Shown here: in pieces, positions 8,922-18,571 of the stretch
Layout: each line of letters opens with the position of its first letter
How positions within the stretch are numbered: the stretch's first letter is position 1
Assembly (NCBI GenBank): GCA_045661145.1
Contig: JAZRFC010000015.1
Coordinates: 1 to 49,111 of the forward strand
DNA length: 49,111 nt
Source: Clostridia bacterium
GTDB taxonomy: Bacteria > Bacillota > Clostridia > UMGS1883
Reading direction: 5' to 3'
Made by a program: the position numbers and the translations under genes
Notes under the pieces: model-generated
Databases searched by the model: none
Seen by the model: only the letters and a program-made list of their open reading frames with translations
What the model was told of the DNA's origin: nothing

Positions 8922-10304
8922 TTAGTCGTTATCAGATAAAAGTATATCGCCGACCTTATAAACGTCACCTGCACCCATTGTGATGACAATGTCACCGCGT
9001 TTTGCCTGAGCCTTTATAAATTCAGCGGCTTCTTCAAATGTCTTTTTGTAAACTGCATTGGGAATTGCGTTGGCAAGCTGTTGAGCAGACACTAGTCCTG
9101 TGTCAACCTCACGCGCAGCATAAATATCGGTGATTATAATATTGGCACCGCTTTCAGAAAGCACCTTAACAAAATCGTCAAAGAAGTTATATGTTCTTGT
9201 ATAAGTGTGGGGCTGGAAAAGACACCAGATGTTTTCATACTTCATATCCCTTGCGGCGGCAAGTGTAGCGCATATTTCCGTGGGATGGTGAGCGTAGTCG
9301 TCTACTATCATAATTCCGCCCATAATACCTCTTGTTTCAAATCTTCTGTGTGTGCCGCCGAAACGGTAAAGTGAGTCGCAGACATTATCTGTATCAAGTC
9401 CAAGGTAATCAGCAGTGGCAAATGCCGCAAGAGCATCGTACACATTATGAACACCGGGAACGGAAAGACGGATTTCACCGACAGGGAGACCCTTTTTGCA
9501 AACTGTAAAGGTGTAGTGATTATATCCGTTGTGAGTCATATTGTCAATGGTATAGTCGTAATCACCGCGGATACCGAAAGTAATTATATTGCGGTCAATA
9601 CCCTCCACAGCCTTTAATACATTCTTATCCTCGGCGTTTATTATGAGAGCACCGTCCTGGGGAGTAAGAAGTGCGAGGCAGCGGAATGTCTCAATAATGT
9701 GGTCAAGGTCACGGAAATAATCAAGGTGGTCTGCCTCAATATTTGTGATAACGGAAACCTTGGGGAAGAAGCGGAGGAAGCTCTGGTGATATTCGCAAGC
9801 CTCGGCAATAAAGTATTTCTTGTCACCAAGGTGAACATTTCCTCTTATTATGTCAAGCTCACCGCCAACCGTAACGGTGGGGTTTTTGCCGCATTCCATA
9901 AAAATATGAGTAAGCATTCCCGAGGTTGTTGTTTTACCGTGAGTTCCGCTGATTGCAATGGGGCATTCATACTCTTTCATAATTGCACCCAGCATTTCAG
10001 CACGGTCAACTTCTTTAATTCCAAGTTCCCGTGCACGGACTCTTTCGGGATTTTGTTCTCCGATAGCGGCACTGTAAACTATAAGGTCACAATCCTTTAC
10101 ATTGTCAGGATTATGTCCTATATGAACGGTAATCCCCAATGAAACCAGCTTTTCAGTAAGGGCGGAAGAGCTACGGTCAGAACCTGATACAACACAGCCT
10201 TCCTTGTTAAGCATCTGTGCAATTCCCGACATACTTACTCCACCAATGCCTATTAAATATATGCGCATACCCTTTTTAATGGTAATATTGCTCAAAAAAA
10301 TCAC
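8922..10304 (-). CDS. murC: UDP-N-acetylmuramate--L-alanine ligase
   Basis: Motifs IGIGGVSMSG, GTHGKTTTS, EACEY, ITNIEADHLDY, DDYAHHPTE and FQPHTYTRT. Start uncertain (GTG 10304 or TTG 10295). Confidence 0.96.
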   Translation of the reverse strand: MIFLSNITIKKGMRIYLIGIGGVSMSGIAQMLNKEGCVVSGSDRSSSALTEKLVSLGITVHIGHNPDNVKDCDLIVYSAAIGEQNPERVRARELGIKEVDRAEMLGAIMKEYECPIAISGTHGKTTTSGMLTHIFMECGKNPTVTVGGELDIIRGNVHLGDKKYFIAEACEYHQSFLRFFPKVSVITNIEADHLDYFRDLDHIIETFRCLALLTPQDGALIINAEDKNVLKAVEGIDRNIITFGIRGDYDYTIDNMTHNGYNHYTFTVCKKGLPVGEIRLSVPGVHNVYDALAAFATADYLGLDTDNVCDSLYRFGGTHRRFETRGIMGGIMIVDDYAHHPTEICATLAAARDMKYENIWCLFQPHTYTRTYNFFDDFVKVLSESGANIIITDIYAAREVDTGLVSAQQLANAIPNAVYKKTFEEAAEFIKAQAKRGDIVITMGAGDVYKVGDILLSDND

Positions 10305-10453
10305 TCGCCTTTATATAAAAGTTGGAAAATCTCAAAAATTTTCATTTTTTTGTTGAAATAGCTTTTATTATTTGATATTATACATTATAGGGAAAAAAAT
10401 CAATAGAAAAATGAAAAAAATAAAAAAAAATTCATTTTCGGAGGGAAAAAAGT

Positions 10454-10735
10454 ATGCAAATCACAGACATTAAAGTGAGAAAAGTTTCACAGGAAGGAAA
10501 AATGAAGGCGGTAGTCTCTGTTACCTTTGATGATGTCTTTGTAGTGCATGACATCAAGGTAATTGAAGGTAAGGAAAAGCTTTTTGCTGCTATGCCCAGC
10601 AGAAAGTCTGCAGACGGTACATACAGAGATATTGTACACCCGATTACGTCAGATATGCGTGAAGAACTTCAGAATGCCATTCTGGCAAAATATGAAGAGT
10701 TTCTTGCGACTGAGCCTTCAGAAACGGAAGAATAA
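10454..10735 (+). CDS. spoVG: Septation regulator / RNA-binding protein SpoVG
   Basis: [10 protein letters not shown]...[11 protein letters not shown]...AMPSRK...YRDIVHPI. Confidence 0.97.
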   Translation: MQITDIKVRKVSQEGKMKAVVSVTFDDVFVVHDIKVIEGKEKLFAAMPSRKSADGTYRDIVHPITSDMREELQNAILAKYEEFLATEPSETEE

Positions 10736-10746
10736 TCTATCCTTGC

Positions 10747-10771
10747 GGGCAAGCCTTACTGCTTGCCTTTT
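10747..10771 (+). terminator. Intrinsic terminator after spoVG
   Basis: GGCAAGC-cttact-GCTTGCC followed by TTTT. Confidence 0.55.
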
Positions 10772-10885
10772 CCACTTATATTAAGTTCCTATATACATAA
10801 TATGTTTTTTTTGCATCACGGGTGAAAAGGGAAACAGACGGGGAATAATTTTTTATATTTATATAACACACGGAGGAATGTCAAA

Positions 10886-11842
10886 ATGATAACACACGGA
10901 AAAAACATCAAGATTTTTGCAGCTAATTCAAATCCTAAGCTTGCAGAAGAAATCGCACAGAAATTGAATGTAACCTTAGGAGAGTCTAAAGTAGGACTTT
11001 TCTCTGACGGCGAAATTTTCGTTAACATCGGGGAAACTGTTCGTGGCAGTGATGTTTTCGTAGTTCAGTCTACAAGTGCTCCCGTAAACGACAATCTTAT
11101 GGAAATGCTTATTATGATTGATGCGTTCAAGAGAGCATCTGCAGGAAGAATTACTGCAGTAATGCCCTATTTCGGATATGCCCGTCAGGACAGAAAAGCA
11201 AAGGCGAGAGACCCGATTAGTGCAAAGCTTGTTGCAGACCTTATCGCAGAAGCAGGTGCAGACAGAGTTCTTACAATGGACCTTCACGCTGCACAGATTC
11301 AGGGCTTCTTTAACATCCCTGTTGACCATCTTCTTGGCGTTCCGATTCTTGCTCCTTACTTCCTTGAAAAGTTCAAGGACGAGCTTGACGACATTGTTGT
11401 AGTATCTCCTGACTTCGGAAGCGTTACCCGTGCAAGAAACTTCGCGCAGAAGCTTAACGCTCCCATTGCAATCGTTGATAAGCGCCGTCCCAAGCCCAAT
11501 GTGAGCGAGGTTATGAATATTATCGGCGAAATCAAGGGTAAGAAGGTTATCCTTGTTGACGATATGATTGATACTGCAGGTACAATTGTTCACGCGGCTC
11601 AGGCTCTTGTTGACCGTGGTGCAACAGAGGTTTATGCTTGCTGTACACATCCCGTACTCAGCGGACCTGCAATCGAAAGACTTGAGGAAAGCCCCATTAA
11701 GGAGCTTGTATGTCTTAATACAATCGAGCTTCCTCCCGAGAAGATTATGAAGAAGACAAAGATTTTGAGCGTTGCTCCTATCTTTGCGGAAGCTATTGAG
11801 CGTATTTATGAAGATGTTTCCGTAAGTCCTCTCTTTACATAA
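10886..11842 (+). CDS. prs: Ribose-phosphate pyrophosphokinase
   Basis: Motifs [27 protein letters not shown] and [10 protein letters not shown]. Confidence 0.98.
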   Translation: MITHGKNIKIFAANSNPKLAEEIAQKLNVTLGESKVGLFSDGEIFVNIGETVRGSDVFVVQSTSAPVNDNLMEMLIMIDAFKRASAGRITAVMPYFGYARQDRKAKARDPISAKLVADLIAEAGADRVLTMDLHAAQIQGFFNIPVDHLLGVPILAPYFLEKFKDELDDIVVVSPDFGSVTRARNFAQKLNAPIAIVDKRRPKPNVSEVMNIIGEIKGKKVILVDDMIDTAGTIVHAAQALVDRGATEVYACCTHPVLSGPAIERLEESPIKELVCLNTIELPPEKIMKKTKILSVAPIFAEAIERIYEDVSVSPLFT

Positions 11843-11870
11843 TTACAAAAGATAAGAATATAATAAATAT

Positions 11871-11904
11871 ACAATGCCGCCCCGGATAGCCGTGGCGGCA
11901 TTGT
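11871..11904. other. GC-rich stem-loop between prs and pth
   Basis: ACAATGCCGCC...GGCGGCATTGT gives 11-bp arms plus an inner CGG/CCG pair. The U-tract is weak, so it may be a stabiliser or attenuator. Confidence 0.55.
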
Positions 11905-11935
11905 GGAGTGTAAAAACTATCCAAGGAGAACGAGT

Positions 11936-12499
11936 ATGCATCTTATAGTAGGTCTCGGTAATCCCGGGCGTGAATATGAGAAAACAAGACATAATGTAGG
12001 CTTTGTTGCCATAGACTATCTTGCAAGTGAGCTTGGAGTAAATATGAGTAAGCTCAAGTTTAAGGGTATCTGTGGCGAGGGGTTTATCGGTACGGAAAAA
12101 TGTATATTCTTAAAGCCACAGACATTTATGAATCTTAGCGGGCAGAGTGTCCGTGAAGCTGCTGAATTTTATAAAATCCCTCCCGAGAATATAATTGTCA
12201 TATACGACGATGTAACCCTGGATGTAGGTAAAGTCCGTATCCGCCCAAGCGGAAGTGCAGGCGGACATAACGGTATGAAAAATATCATCTATCTACTTAA
12301 CTCTGACGAGTTTCCGAGAGTTCGTTTTGGTGTGGGTGCGCCTCAGCACGACCTGTCCGACCATGTGCTTGGCCATTTCAACGAGGAAGACGGTGTAGCA
12401 GTAACCCGTGCCATTAGGAAAATTGAAGATATTTTGTCTGTTATTATTAAATTAGGCGTGTCAGAGGCTATGAGCCGATTCAATAACAAGGTGCTGTGA
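11936..12499 (+). CDS. pth: Peptidyl-tRNA hydrolase
   Basis: Motifs LIVGLGNPG, TRHNVGF, KPQTFMNLSG and GSAGGHNG; AAGGAG RBS before ATG 11936. Confidence 0.97.
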   Translation: MHLIVGLGNPGREYEKTRHNVGFVAIDYLASELGVNMSKLKFKGICGEGFIGTEKCIFLKPQTFMNLSGQSVREAAEFYKIPPENIIVIYDDVTLDVGKVRIRPSGSAGGHNGMKNIIYLLNSDEFPRVRFGVGAPQHDLSDHVLGHFNEEDGVAVTRAIRKIEDILSVIIKLGVSEAMSRFNNKVL

Positions 12500-12503
12500 T
12501 TGT

Positions 12504-15500
12504 ATGAACATTTTTAGCAGTTTGCTGGATAATTCAAAACAGTTCAATGAAATAATCACTCATATCGAAAAGAAAAGTATTCCGATTATGGTCAGCGGTA
12601 CAGCAGATGCGCAAAAGGCACATCTTATAAACTCCATTTGTGAAAAGATGGGAAAGCGTGCCTTTGTCATTACTCACAATGACATTCAGGCAAGAAGACT
12701 ATGCGATGACCTTGCTTTCTTTTTTGAAAACGAGTGCGTGTACATTCCGCCCAAAGAGGTGCTTCTTTACGAAGTTGAGGCATCAAATCACGAGTCGGAA
12801 AACAAGCGCGCTGCTGCATTGGGTGCTTTGGCAGGAGGAGCGAATGCCGTATTGTCGGTAGAGTCGCTTCTCCAATTTGTGCTTGCTAAAAAAGAGTTTG
12901 ACACAATGCAGATGTCCTTTTCCTATGGCGGAGTAACTGAATCCGATATGCTCCCCGAAAAACTTTTCAAAATGGGATATGTACGTGTGGATGTTGTAAA
13001 TCTTCCCGGTCAGTTTGCCATCCGCGGCGGTATTGTGGATATATATTCTCCCGACGCTCTTCTTCCCATACGAATGGAGCTTTTCGGTGACGATATTGAT
13101 TCTTTAAGAAGCTTTGACTGTGAAACGCAGATGAGTATAGAAAAGCTTGACGAGGTAAAGATTCTCCCTGTAAATGTGCAGAATGCAAAGGAAACGGTAC
13201 TTTCATATATTGGGGATGACTATCTTATATTTACAGACGAGCCTGCAAGAATGAGCGAAAGCGCAAAAGTGGCAGAATGGGAGCTTAGTGAAAATATCAG
13301 AACTCTCGCAGATAAGGGAATAAAAACAGAGCTTTACGACTGTATAAACAAATACACCGACATTACTGCAGAAATTGAAAGACGCGGAAGCATCTCTTTT
13401 TCTGCAATTGGTAAGGCTTGTCCCGATTGGAGCATAAAAAAAGAATGTGAAATTACAGCCAAGGGTATGAGCAGTTACAGCGGTAATATCGAATTTTTGA
13501 TTTCTGATGTCAAGCGTTGGCACGAAGAAGGGTTTAAAACTGTAATATTGGCAGGAAGCACATCAAGGGCTAAGAAGATTGCCGAAATGCTTGCTGAAAG
13601 GGATATCCGTGCTTCCTACGAAGAAAGTCCCACGGCTTTCTCCGATAAATATGTGACAGTTATGCCGGGGAGTATTACCAAGGGCTTTGAGTATCCTCTT
13701 GACGGCTATGCAATTGTAAGTGATAAGGAAATTTTTTCAGCAGAGAAGAAAAAACGCCGTAGTGTAAAAAGTGAAGATACAGTCAAAATACGCACTGCAG
13801 ACCAGCTTGACCTTGGCGATTATATCGTTCACCGTGCTCACGGTATAGGCAAATACCTTGGTATTGTAAGAATGAAAGTCAGCGGTGTAACAAAGGACTA
13901 TATAAAAATTGAATACAGGGGAGAGGATTTCCTCTATCTTCCCGTAGGACAGCTTGATGCCGTCAGCAAGTACACAGGCGGCGAGAATAAAATGGTCAGG
14001 CTTAATCGTCTTGGCTCCAATGAATGGGCAAATGCAAAGAGAAAGGTAAGGCAAAGCGTAGAGGAAATGGCACAGAAGCTTGTAGCCCTTTATGCCGAGC
14101 GTTCTCAGATGCAGGGTGTCGCATTTGGTGAAGATACTCCGTGGCAACACGACTTTGAAAATCTGTTTCCCTACGAGGAAACGGAGGACCAGCTTCGCAG
14201 TACTGCCGAGATAAAAAAGGATATGGAAAGCACAAAGCCTATGGACAGACTCCTGTGCGGAGATGTAGGCTATGGAAAAACCGAGGTTGCAATGCGTGCC
14301 GCATTCAAAGCCGTTATGGACGGGTATCAGGTTGCATACCTTGTACCTACCACAATTCTTGCATCACAGCACTATCAGAACTTTGTTGAACGTATGAAGG
14401 AGTTTCCCATTACAGTCAGAATGCTTTCAAGATTTTCCACCCCTGCACAGGCGAAGAAAACTCTTAAAATGCTTCAAAGCGGTGAGTGTGACATTGTAGT
14501 CGGTACACACAAGCTTCTTTCAAAAAATGTAGTGTTCAAAAAACTCGGATTCCTGATTGTCGATGAAGAACAACGTTTTGGTGTTACTCATAAAGAGAAA
14601 ATTAAGGAAATGAAAAAGAATGTGGATGTGCTTACCCTGAGTGCAACCCCCATTCCAAGAACTCTTCATATGGCAATGATTGGTATCCGTGACATGAGTG
14701 TGCTTTCAGCACCGCCAAGTGACCGTCATCCAGTGCAGACATATGTTCTTGAATATAACGAAGCAGTTATAAAAAATGCAATTGAGCGTGAAGTGGCGCG
14801 CGGAGGACAGGTGTACTACCTGCACAACCGTGTTGAAAGTATATATGGCGTAGCGGAAAGGATAAGACGACTCGTTCCTGATGTACGCGTAGGCGTAGCC
14901 CACGGTAAAATGAATGAAAGTGAGCTTGATAATGTAATGATTAGGGTGCAGGAGGGTGAAATCGATGTTCTGGTCTGCACCACAATCATTGAAACGGGAC
15001 TTGATATTCCCAATGTAAATACAATTATAATGGAAAATGCAGATACATTGGGATTAAGTCAGCTTTATCAGCTCCGTGGCAGAGTGGGAAGAACAAATCG
15101 ACTTGCTTATGCATATCTTACTTACAGAAAAAACAAAATTCTTGACGATGTTGCAGAGAAACGGCTTCGTGCAATCCGTGAATTTACGGAATTTGGTTCA
15201 GGCTTCAGAATTGCTATGCGCGACCTTGAAATCCGCGGTGCAGGAAATGTGCTGGGACCTGAACAGCACGGCTTTATGGCAAGTGTAGGTTATGATATGT
15301 ACTGCGCTATCCTTGAGGAAGCTGTAAACGAGGCAATGGGCAAGCCTAAGAAACCCGAAAAAGCAGAAACGGTTATTGACCTTGAGATTAATGCGTTTAT
15401 TCCCGAAACGTATATTCCTACATCCAATCTCCGTATTGAGGCGTATAAGCAGATTGCAGGAATAACTGACATAAATGACCGATACGGCGTTGAAGGAAGC

Positions 15501-15815
15501 TTTGAAGACCGTTATGGTGAAATTCCAAACGAAACCTATAACCTTCTTGAAATACAAATGCTCCGCATAACGGCAGAAGCAATCGGTATTAAGGAAATAG
15601 GCCATGTAGAGGCAGGTATTATCTTTAAGCTTCATTTCCTTACGAAAGAGCTTGTTGAAAAGGTTTCAATCCTTGCAACGAAAAACCGAGGAAAGATACT
15701 TTTCGGTGCAGGGGATAATCCCTATATACTTCTCCGTGAGAAAGCACTTAAGGGCGAAAAACTTATTGAAAGTGTAAATAATGTATTAAAGTGCTTGAAA
15801 AATGATGGTGAATAG
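12504..15815 (+). CDS. mfd: Transcription-repair coupling factor
   Basis: UvrB-like N-terminus, RID (HGIGKY), GDVGYGKTEVA, DEEQRFG, QLRGRVGR and TRG motif; usual position after pth. Confidence 0.98.
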   Translation: MNIFSSLLDNSKQFNEIITHIEKKSIPIMVSGTADAQKAHLINSICEKMGKRAFVITHNDIQARRLCDDLAFFFENECVYIPPKEVLLYEVEASNHESENKRAAALGALAGGANAVLSVESLLQFVLAKKEFDTMQMSFSYGGVTESDMLPEKLFKMGYVRVDVVNLPGQFAIRGGIVDIYSPDALLPIRMELFGDDIDSLRSFDCETQMSIEKLDEVKILPVNVQNAKETVLSYIGDDYLIFTDEPARMSESAKVAEWELSENIRTLADKGIKTELYDCINKYTDITAEIERRGSISFSAIGKACPDWSIKKECEITAKGMSSYSGNIEFLISDVKRWHEEGFKTVILAGSTSRAKKIAEMLAERDIRASYEESPTAFSDKYVTVMPGSITKGFEYPLDGYAIVSDKEIFSAEKKKRRSVKSEDTVKIRTADQLDLGDYIVHRAHGIGKYLGIVRMKVSGVTKDYIKIEYRGEDFLYLPVGQLDAVSKYTGGENKMVRLNRLGSNEWANAKRKVRQSVEEMAQKLVALYAERSQMQGVAFGEDTPWQHDFENLFPYEETEDQLRSTAEIKKDMESTKPMDRLLCGDVGYGKTEVAMRAAFKAVMDGYQVAYLVPTTILASQHYQNFVERMKEFPITVRMLSRFSTPAQAKKTLKMLQSGECDIVVGTHKLLSKNVVFKKLGFLIVDEEQRFGVTHKEKIKEMKKNVDVLTLSATPIPRTLHMAMIGIRDMSVLSAPPSDRHPVQTYVLEYNEAVIKNAIEREVARGGQVYYLHNRVESIYGVAERIRRLVPDVRVGVAHGKMNESELDNVMIRVQEGEIDVLVCTTIIETGLDIPNVNTIIMENADTLGLSQLYQLRGRVGRTNRLAYAYLTYRKNKILDDVAEKRLRAIREFTEFGSGFRIAMRDLEIRGAGNVLGPEQHGFMASVGYDMYCAILEEAVNEAMGKPKKPEKAETVIDLEINAFIPETYIPTSNLRIEAYKQIAGITDINDRYGVEGSFEDRYGEIPNETYNLLEIQMLRITAEAIGIKEIGHVEAGIIFKLHFLTKELVEKVSILATKNRGKILFGAGDNPYILLREKALKGEKLIESVNNVLKCLKNDGE

Positions 15816-15855
15816 TATATAATTTTACTTGATTTAAAAATAGGAGGATAAAATA

Positions 15856-16887
15856 ATGAAAAAAATATTGGCAATTTTAGTTGCTTTGGTACTTTGTCTT
15901 TCTCTTTTTGCAGGATGCGGAGCAAATGACAAGGTATTGGCGGAAATAGGCGATTATAAGATTACTCAGGCTTACTACAATTTTATTTACAGTATAGTAT
16001 ATTCTCAGTGGTCTCAGTATGAGCAGTATTATGGTCCCGAGTGGCTTGACTCTGAAATTGAAGAAGGTATGACAATCAAGGAGGCAATGAAGGACAGCGC
16101 ACGTGACCAGATTGAACAGCTTGCAGTAGCATCAGTTATTGCAAAGGACAGATACGATATTACCGCCAAGACAGTAAAGGAAAAGGTGGAAAATCAGAAG
16201 AAAGAGATTATTGACAGCTACGGAACAAGGGCTAACTTTGATGCTTTCCTTAACGAAGCACACACCAACGAGAAGGCAATCGATACTTATCTTGAACTTT
16301 ATGAGATATACGACCTTCTTGCAGAAAAAATTTCTGCTGAAGGGGAAGAGTGTTATATTTCCGATGCAGAAGTTGAACCGGAATTCAATGCTGAATACGG
16401 CTCAAAGCTTAAGGTACAGCATATCCTTATTTCTACCAAGGGTGATGGTGCAACTACACCCGAAAGAACAGATGAAGAGGCTATGGTTGTCGTAAATGAG
16501 GTTCTCGGAAAGCTCGAAAAGGGCGCAGATTTTGATGAACTTATCAGTGAGTACAATGAAGATCCCGGAATGTCCCCCGGAAACTTCTATACCTTTGGTG
16601 ACGGAGAAATGGTTCCCGAATTTGAAGAAGCTTCCAAGAATCTTCAGGTAGGTGAATATACCAAGGAAGCTGTAAAGACTGATTACGGTTATCATATTAT
16701 AAAGAAATTCCCCCTTGACACAGCAAGCGAGGAGTTTAAGCAGTATAAAGTATATATGATTAAGACAACGAAGCTTATGCCCGTTATTGATGCGGAAATA
16801 GAAAAGGAAAAAATCAGCTGGGACAACGAGGCAATAGACGAATTTGTTGAATCCTGGATTGAAGAAAAGAAGGCTTCAGCAAACTAA
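15856..16887 (+). CDS. prsA: PrsA-like peptidylprolyl isomerase lipoprotein (parvulin type)
   Basis: Lipoprotein signal (LFAGC); parvulin motifs HILI, MVPEFEEA and YGYHII; usual position after mfd. Confidence 0.8.
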   Translation: MKKILAILVALVLCLSLFAGCGANDKVLAEIGDYKITQAYYNFIYSIVYSQWSQYEQYYGPEWLDSEIEEGMTIKEAMKDSARDQIEQLAVASVIAKDRYDITAKTVKEKVENQKKEIIDSYGTRANFDAFLNEAHTNEKAIDTYLELYEIYDLLAEKISAEGEECYISDAEVEPEFNAEYGSKLKVQHILISTKGDGATTPERTDEEAMVVVNEVLGKLEKGADFDELISEYNEDPGMSPGNFYTFGDGEMVPEFEEASKNLQVGEYTKEAVKTDYGYHIIKKFPLDTASEEFKQYKVYMIKTTKLMPVIDAEIEKEKISWDNEAIDEFVESWIEEKKASAN

Positions 16888-16895
16888 ACTGAATA

Positions 16896-17021
<126 letters not shown>

Positions 17022-17040
17022 TAATTGTAAAATACAATTA

Positions 17041-17072
17041 TGCCCCGACATATCTATGTCGGGGCATTTTTT
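17041..17072 (+). terminator. Riboswitch expression-platform terminator
   Basis: TGCCCCGACATA-tc-TATGTCGGGGCA followed by TTTTTT. The left arm (CCCCGA) is complementary to the aptamer 5' TCGGGG, which gives an antiterminator alternative. Confidence 0.85.
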
Positions 17073-17345
17073 GGCATAAGATAATCAAACCTAATATGGT
17101 TTGAAAACAGAAATTTTGCATAATACTGCAGAAAATTCTGCAAATATACGACAGTATTATTTTTGAATTTTCTTTGTCTTATAACAAAATTTCTAGTTTT
17201 GAAACTCTTCGACCTTAAACGCAGGAAAATTTGTTATGATTTTTATGTGGAGGACGAAGATAGGCTGTCGCCTTTCAAGGACGACAAATAAAAAGAATAC
17301 AAATTTAACAAGTTTAAGGCATATGAGGTTTGACTCTCTTATGCC
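17073..17345. mobile_element. Candidate MITE-like / structured non-coding element
   Basis: Terminal inverted repeats 17073-17098 and 17320-17345 pair at 23/26 positions; several nested internal stems; no ORF in the supplied track; no target-site duplication seen. Confidence 0.45.
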
Positions 17346-17360
17346 GAAGGAGGAACCGAT

Positions 17361-17900
17361 ATGTACAAGACAAAAACAAATTATTTAATAAAAATTGGAC
17401 TTCTTTCTGCAATTGCCTTTATTTTGCAAGCGATAGGAAGTATGATGTCCCTGAAAGTAGCAGGATTTCTTGAAATTGAATTTTCAGATTTACCTGCGAT
17501 AGTAGGTGCTTTAGCTTTGGGCCCTGTTGCCGGTGTTTTGATTGAACTAATAAAGAATTTGCTTCATTTACCAATGAGTTCAACGGGCTTTGTCGGTGAA
17601 TTTGCAAATTTTGTTGTAAATGGAACTTTTGTGCTTGTAATTGGTATTTTCTATAAGTTTAATAAAACAAAGAAAGGTGCAATTATTGCACTGCTTTTGG
17701 GAAGTGTTGTTATGCCTGTGATAGCAGCAATGGTCAATTATTTTGTAATGTTGCCGCTTTATATGTCTGCCGCAAGTCACGCTGTAAAATTTAATCTCGT
17801 AGTTAGCACAATTACACCATTTAACTTCGTCCGTGCAATTGTACTTTCGTTTATAACGGTATTCTGCTATAAGCGGCTTTCACCCATTTTACATAAATAG
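17361..17900 (+). CDS. ribU: ECF transporter S component, riboflavin (RibU)
   Basis: Motifs FLEIEFSDLP, GP.AG..IE.IKN, GEFANF and PFN; downstream of an FMN riboswitch; AAGGAGG RBS. Confidence 0.9.
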   Translation: MYKTKTNYLIKIGLLSAIAFILQAIGSMMSLKVAGFLEIEFSDLPAIVGALALGPVAGVLIELIKNLLHLPMSSTGFVGEFANFVVNGTFVLVIGIFYKFNKTKKGAIIALLLGSVVMPVIAAMVNYFVMLPLYMSAASHAVKFNLVVSTITPFNFVRAIVLSFITVFCYKRLSPILHK

Positions 17901-17912
17901 AAAATTATCTTA

Positions 17913-18179
17913 TTAATGTATGTGGGTAAGTTTTCTCTGTTCATACATTTTTTTAGTGGCAATGCCGCCTCTTATGTGCCTCTCGGCTTTATTCTTTTCA
18001 AGTACGGCTTTAACATCAGACGCAAGAAGCGGGTCTATCTCCTCTAATCTTGCAGTTACGTCCTTATGTACTCCTGACTTTGAAAAACCGAATTTTTTTG
18101 CGGCGGCACGCACGGTTGTATTATGCTCTATTATGTAATACGCGAGCATAATTGCCCGCTTTTCTATATAATCTTTCAA
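17913..18179 (-). CDS. spoIIID: Stage III sporulation transcriptional regulator SpoIIID
   Basis: MKDYIEKR...TTVRAAAKKFG.SKS.VHKDVT.RL...NKAERHIRGG.ATK; TTG start. Confidence 0.96.
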   Translation of the reverse strand: MKDYIEKRAIMLAYYIIEHNTTVRAAAKKFGFSKSGVHKDVTARLEEIDPLLASDVKAVLEKNKAERHIRGGIATKKMYEQRKLTHIH

Positions 18180-18182
18180 AAA

Positions 18183-18231
18183 AACAGCCCCCTTTTCACT
18201 CTAACATATGAGGAAAAGGGGGCTGTTATGT
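18183..18231 (-). promoter_or_regulatory. Sigma-E-type promoter embedded in an RBS-sequestering hairpin/terminator
   Basis: Minus strand ACATAAC-N14-CATATGTT (18231-18203). 15-bp arms at 18183-18197 and 18213-18227 include the GGGGG RBS. spoIIID is sigma-E-dependent in Bacillus subtilis. Confidence 0.7.
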
Positions 18232-18239
18232 ATTAAATT

Positions 18240-18494
18240 TTATTTGTCTTCAACTTTTCCGTAAAGGTTAAGTCTGAAAAGACGGCTTTCATCTTCGATG
18301 TTCTCACATTCAATCTTTGCGTGACTGAGTTTAGCACCCTGAAGAATGCTCATAAGACCAACAACACGGCAAAAAGCAGACATAAGGTTTATTTTGTCAC
18401 CCTCGTCGGTTGTAAGCCATACCTGACCTGTGCAGTTATTAAGCTCTTTAACGAATGCTGTTACATCAAGGTCATGAATTTCAAATTCTCTCAT
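18240..18494 (-). CDS. Small conserved protein, probable HPr-like fold
   Basis: F...NNCTGQVWL.TDEGDKINL.S pattern resembles small clostridial HPr-like proteins; GGAGGT RBS; TTGACT-17-TATTCT promoter. Confidence 0.6.
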   Translation of the reverse strand: MREFEIHDLDVTAFVKELNNCTGQVWLTTDEGDKINLMSAFCRVVGLMSILQGAKLSHAKIECENIEDESRLFRLNLYGKVEDK

Positions 18495-18571
18495 AGTAGT
18501 TTACCTCCTATTGGTTTATAAGTTAAGAATAATAGATATAATGCCGAAAGTCAATAGCTGTAATTAAAATT

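Noticed and set aside
10976-11650. 224-aa minus-strand ORF
   Set aside because: Antisense to prs; typical shadow of a gene with strong codon bias.
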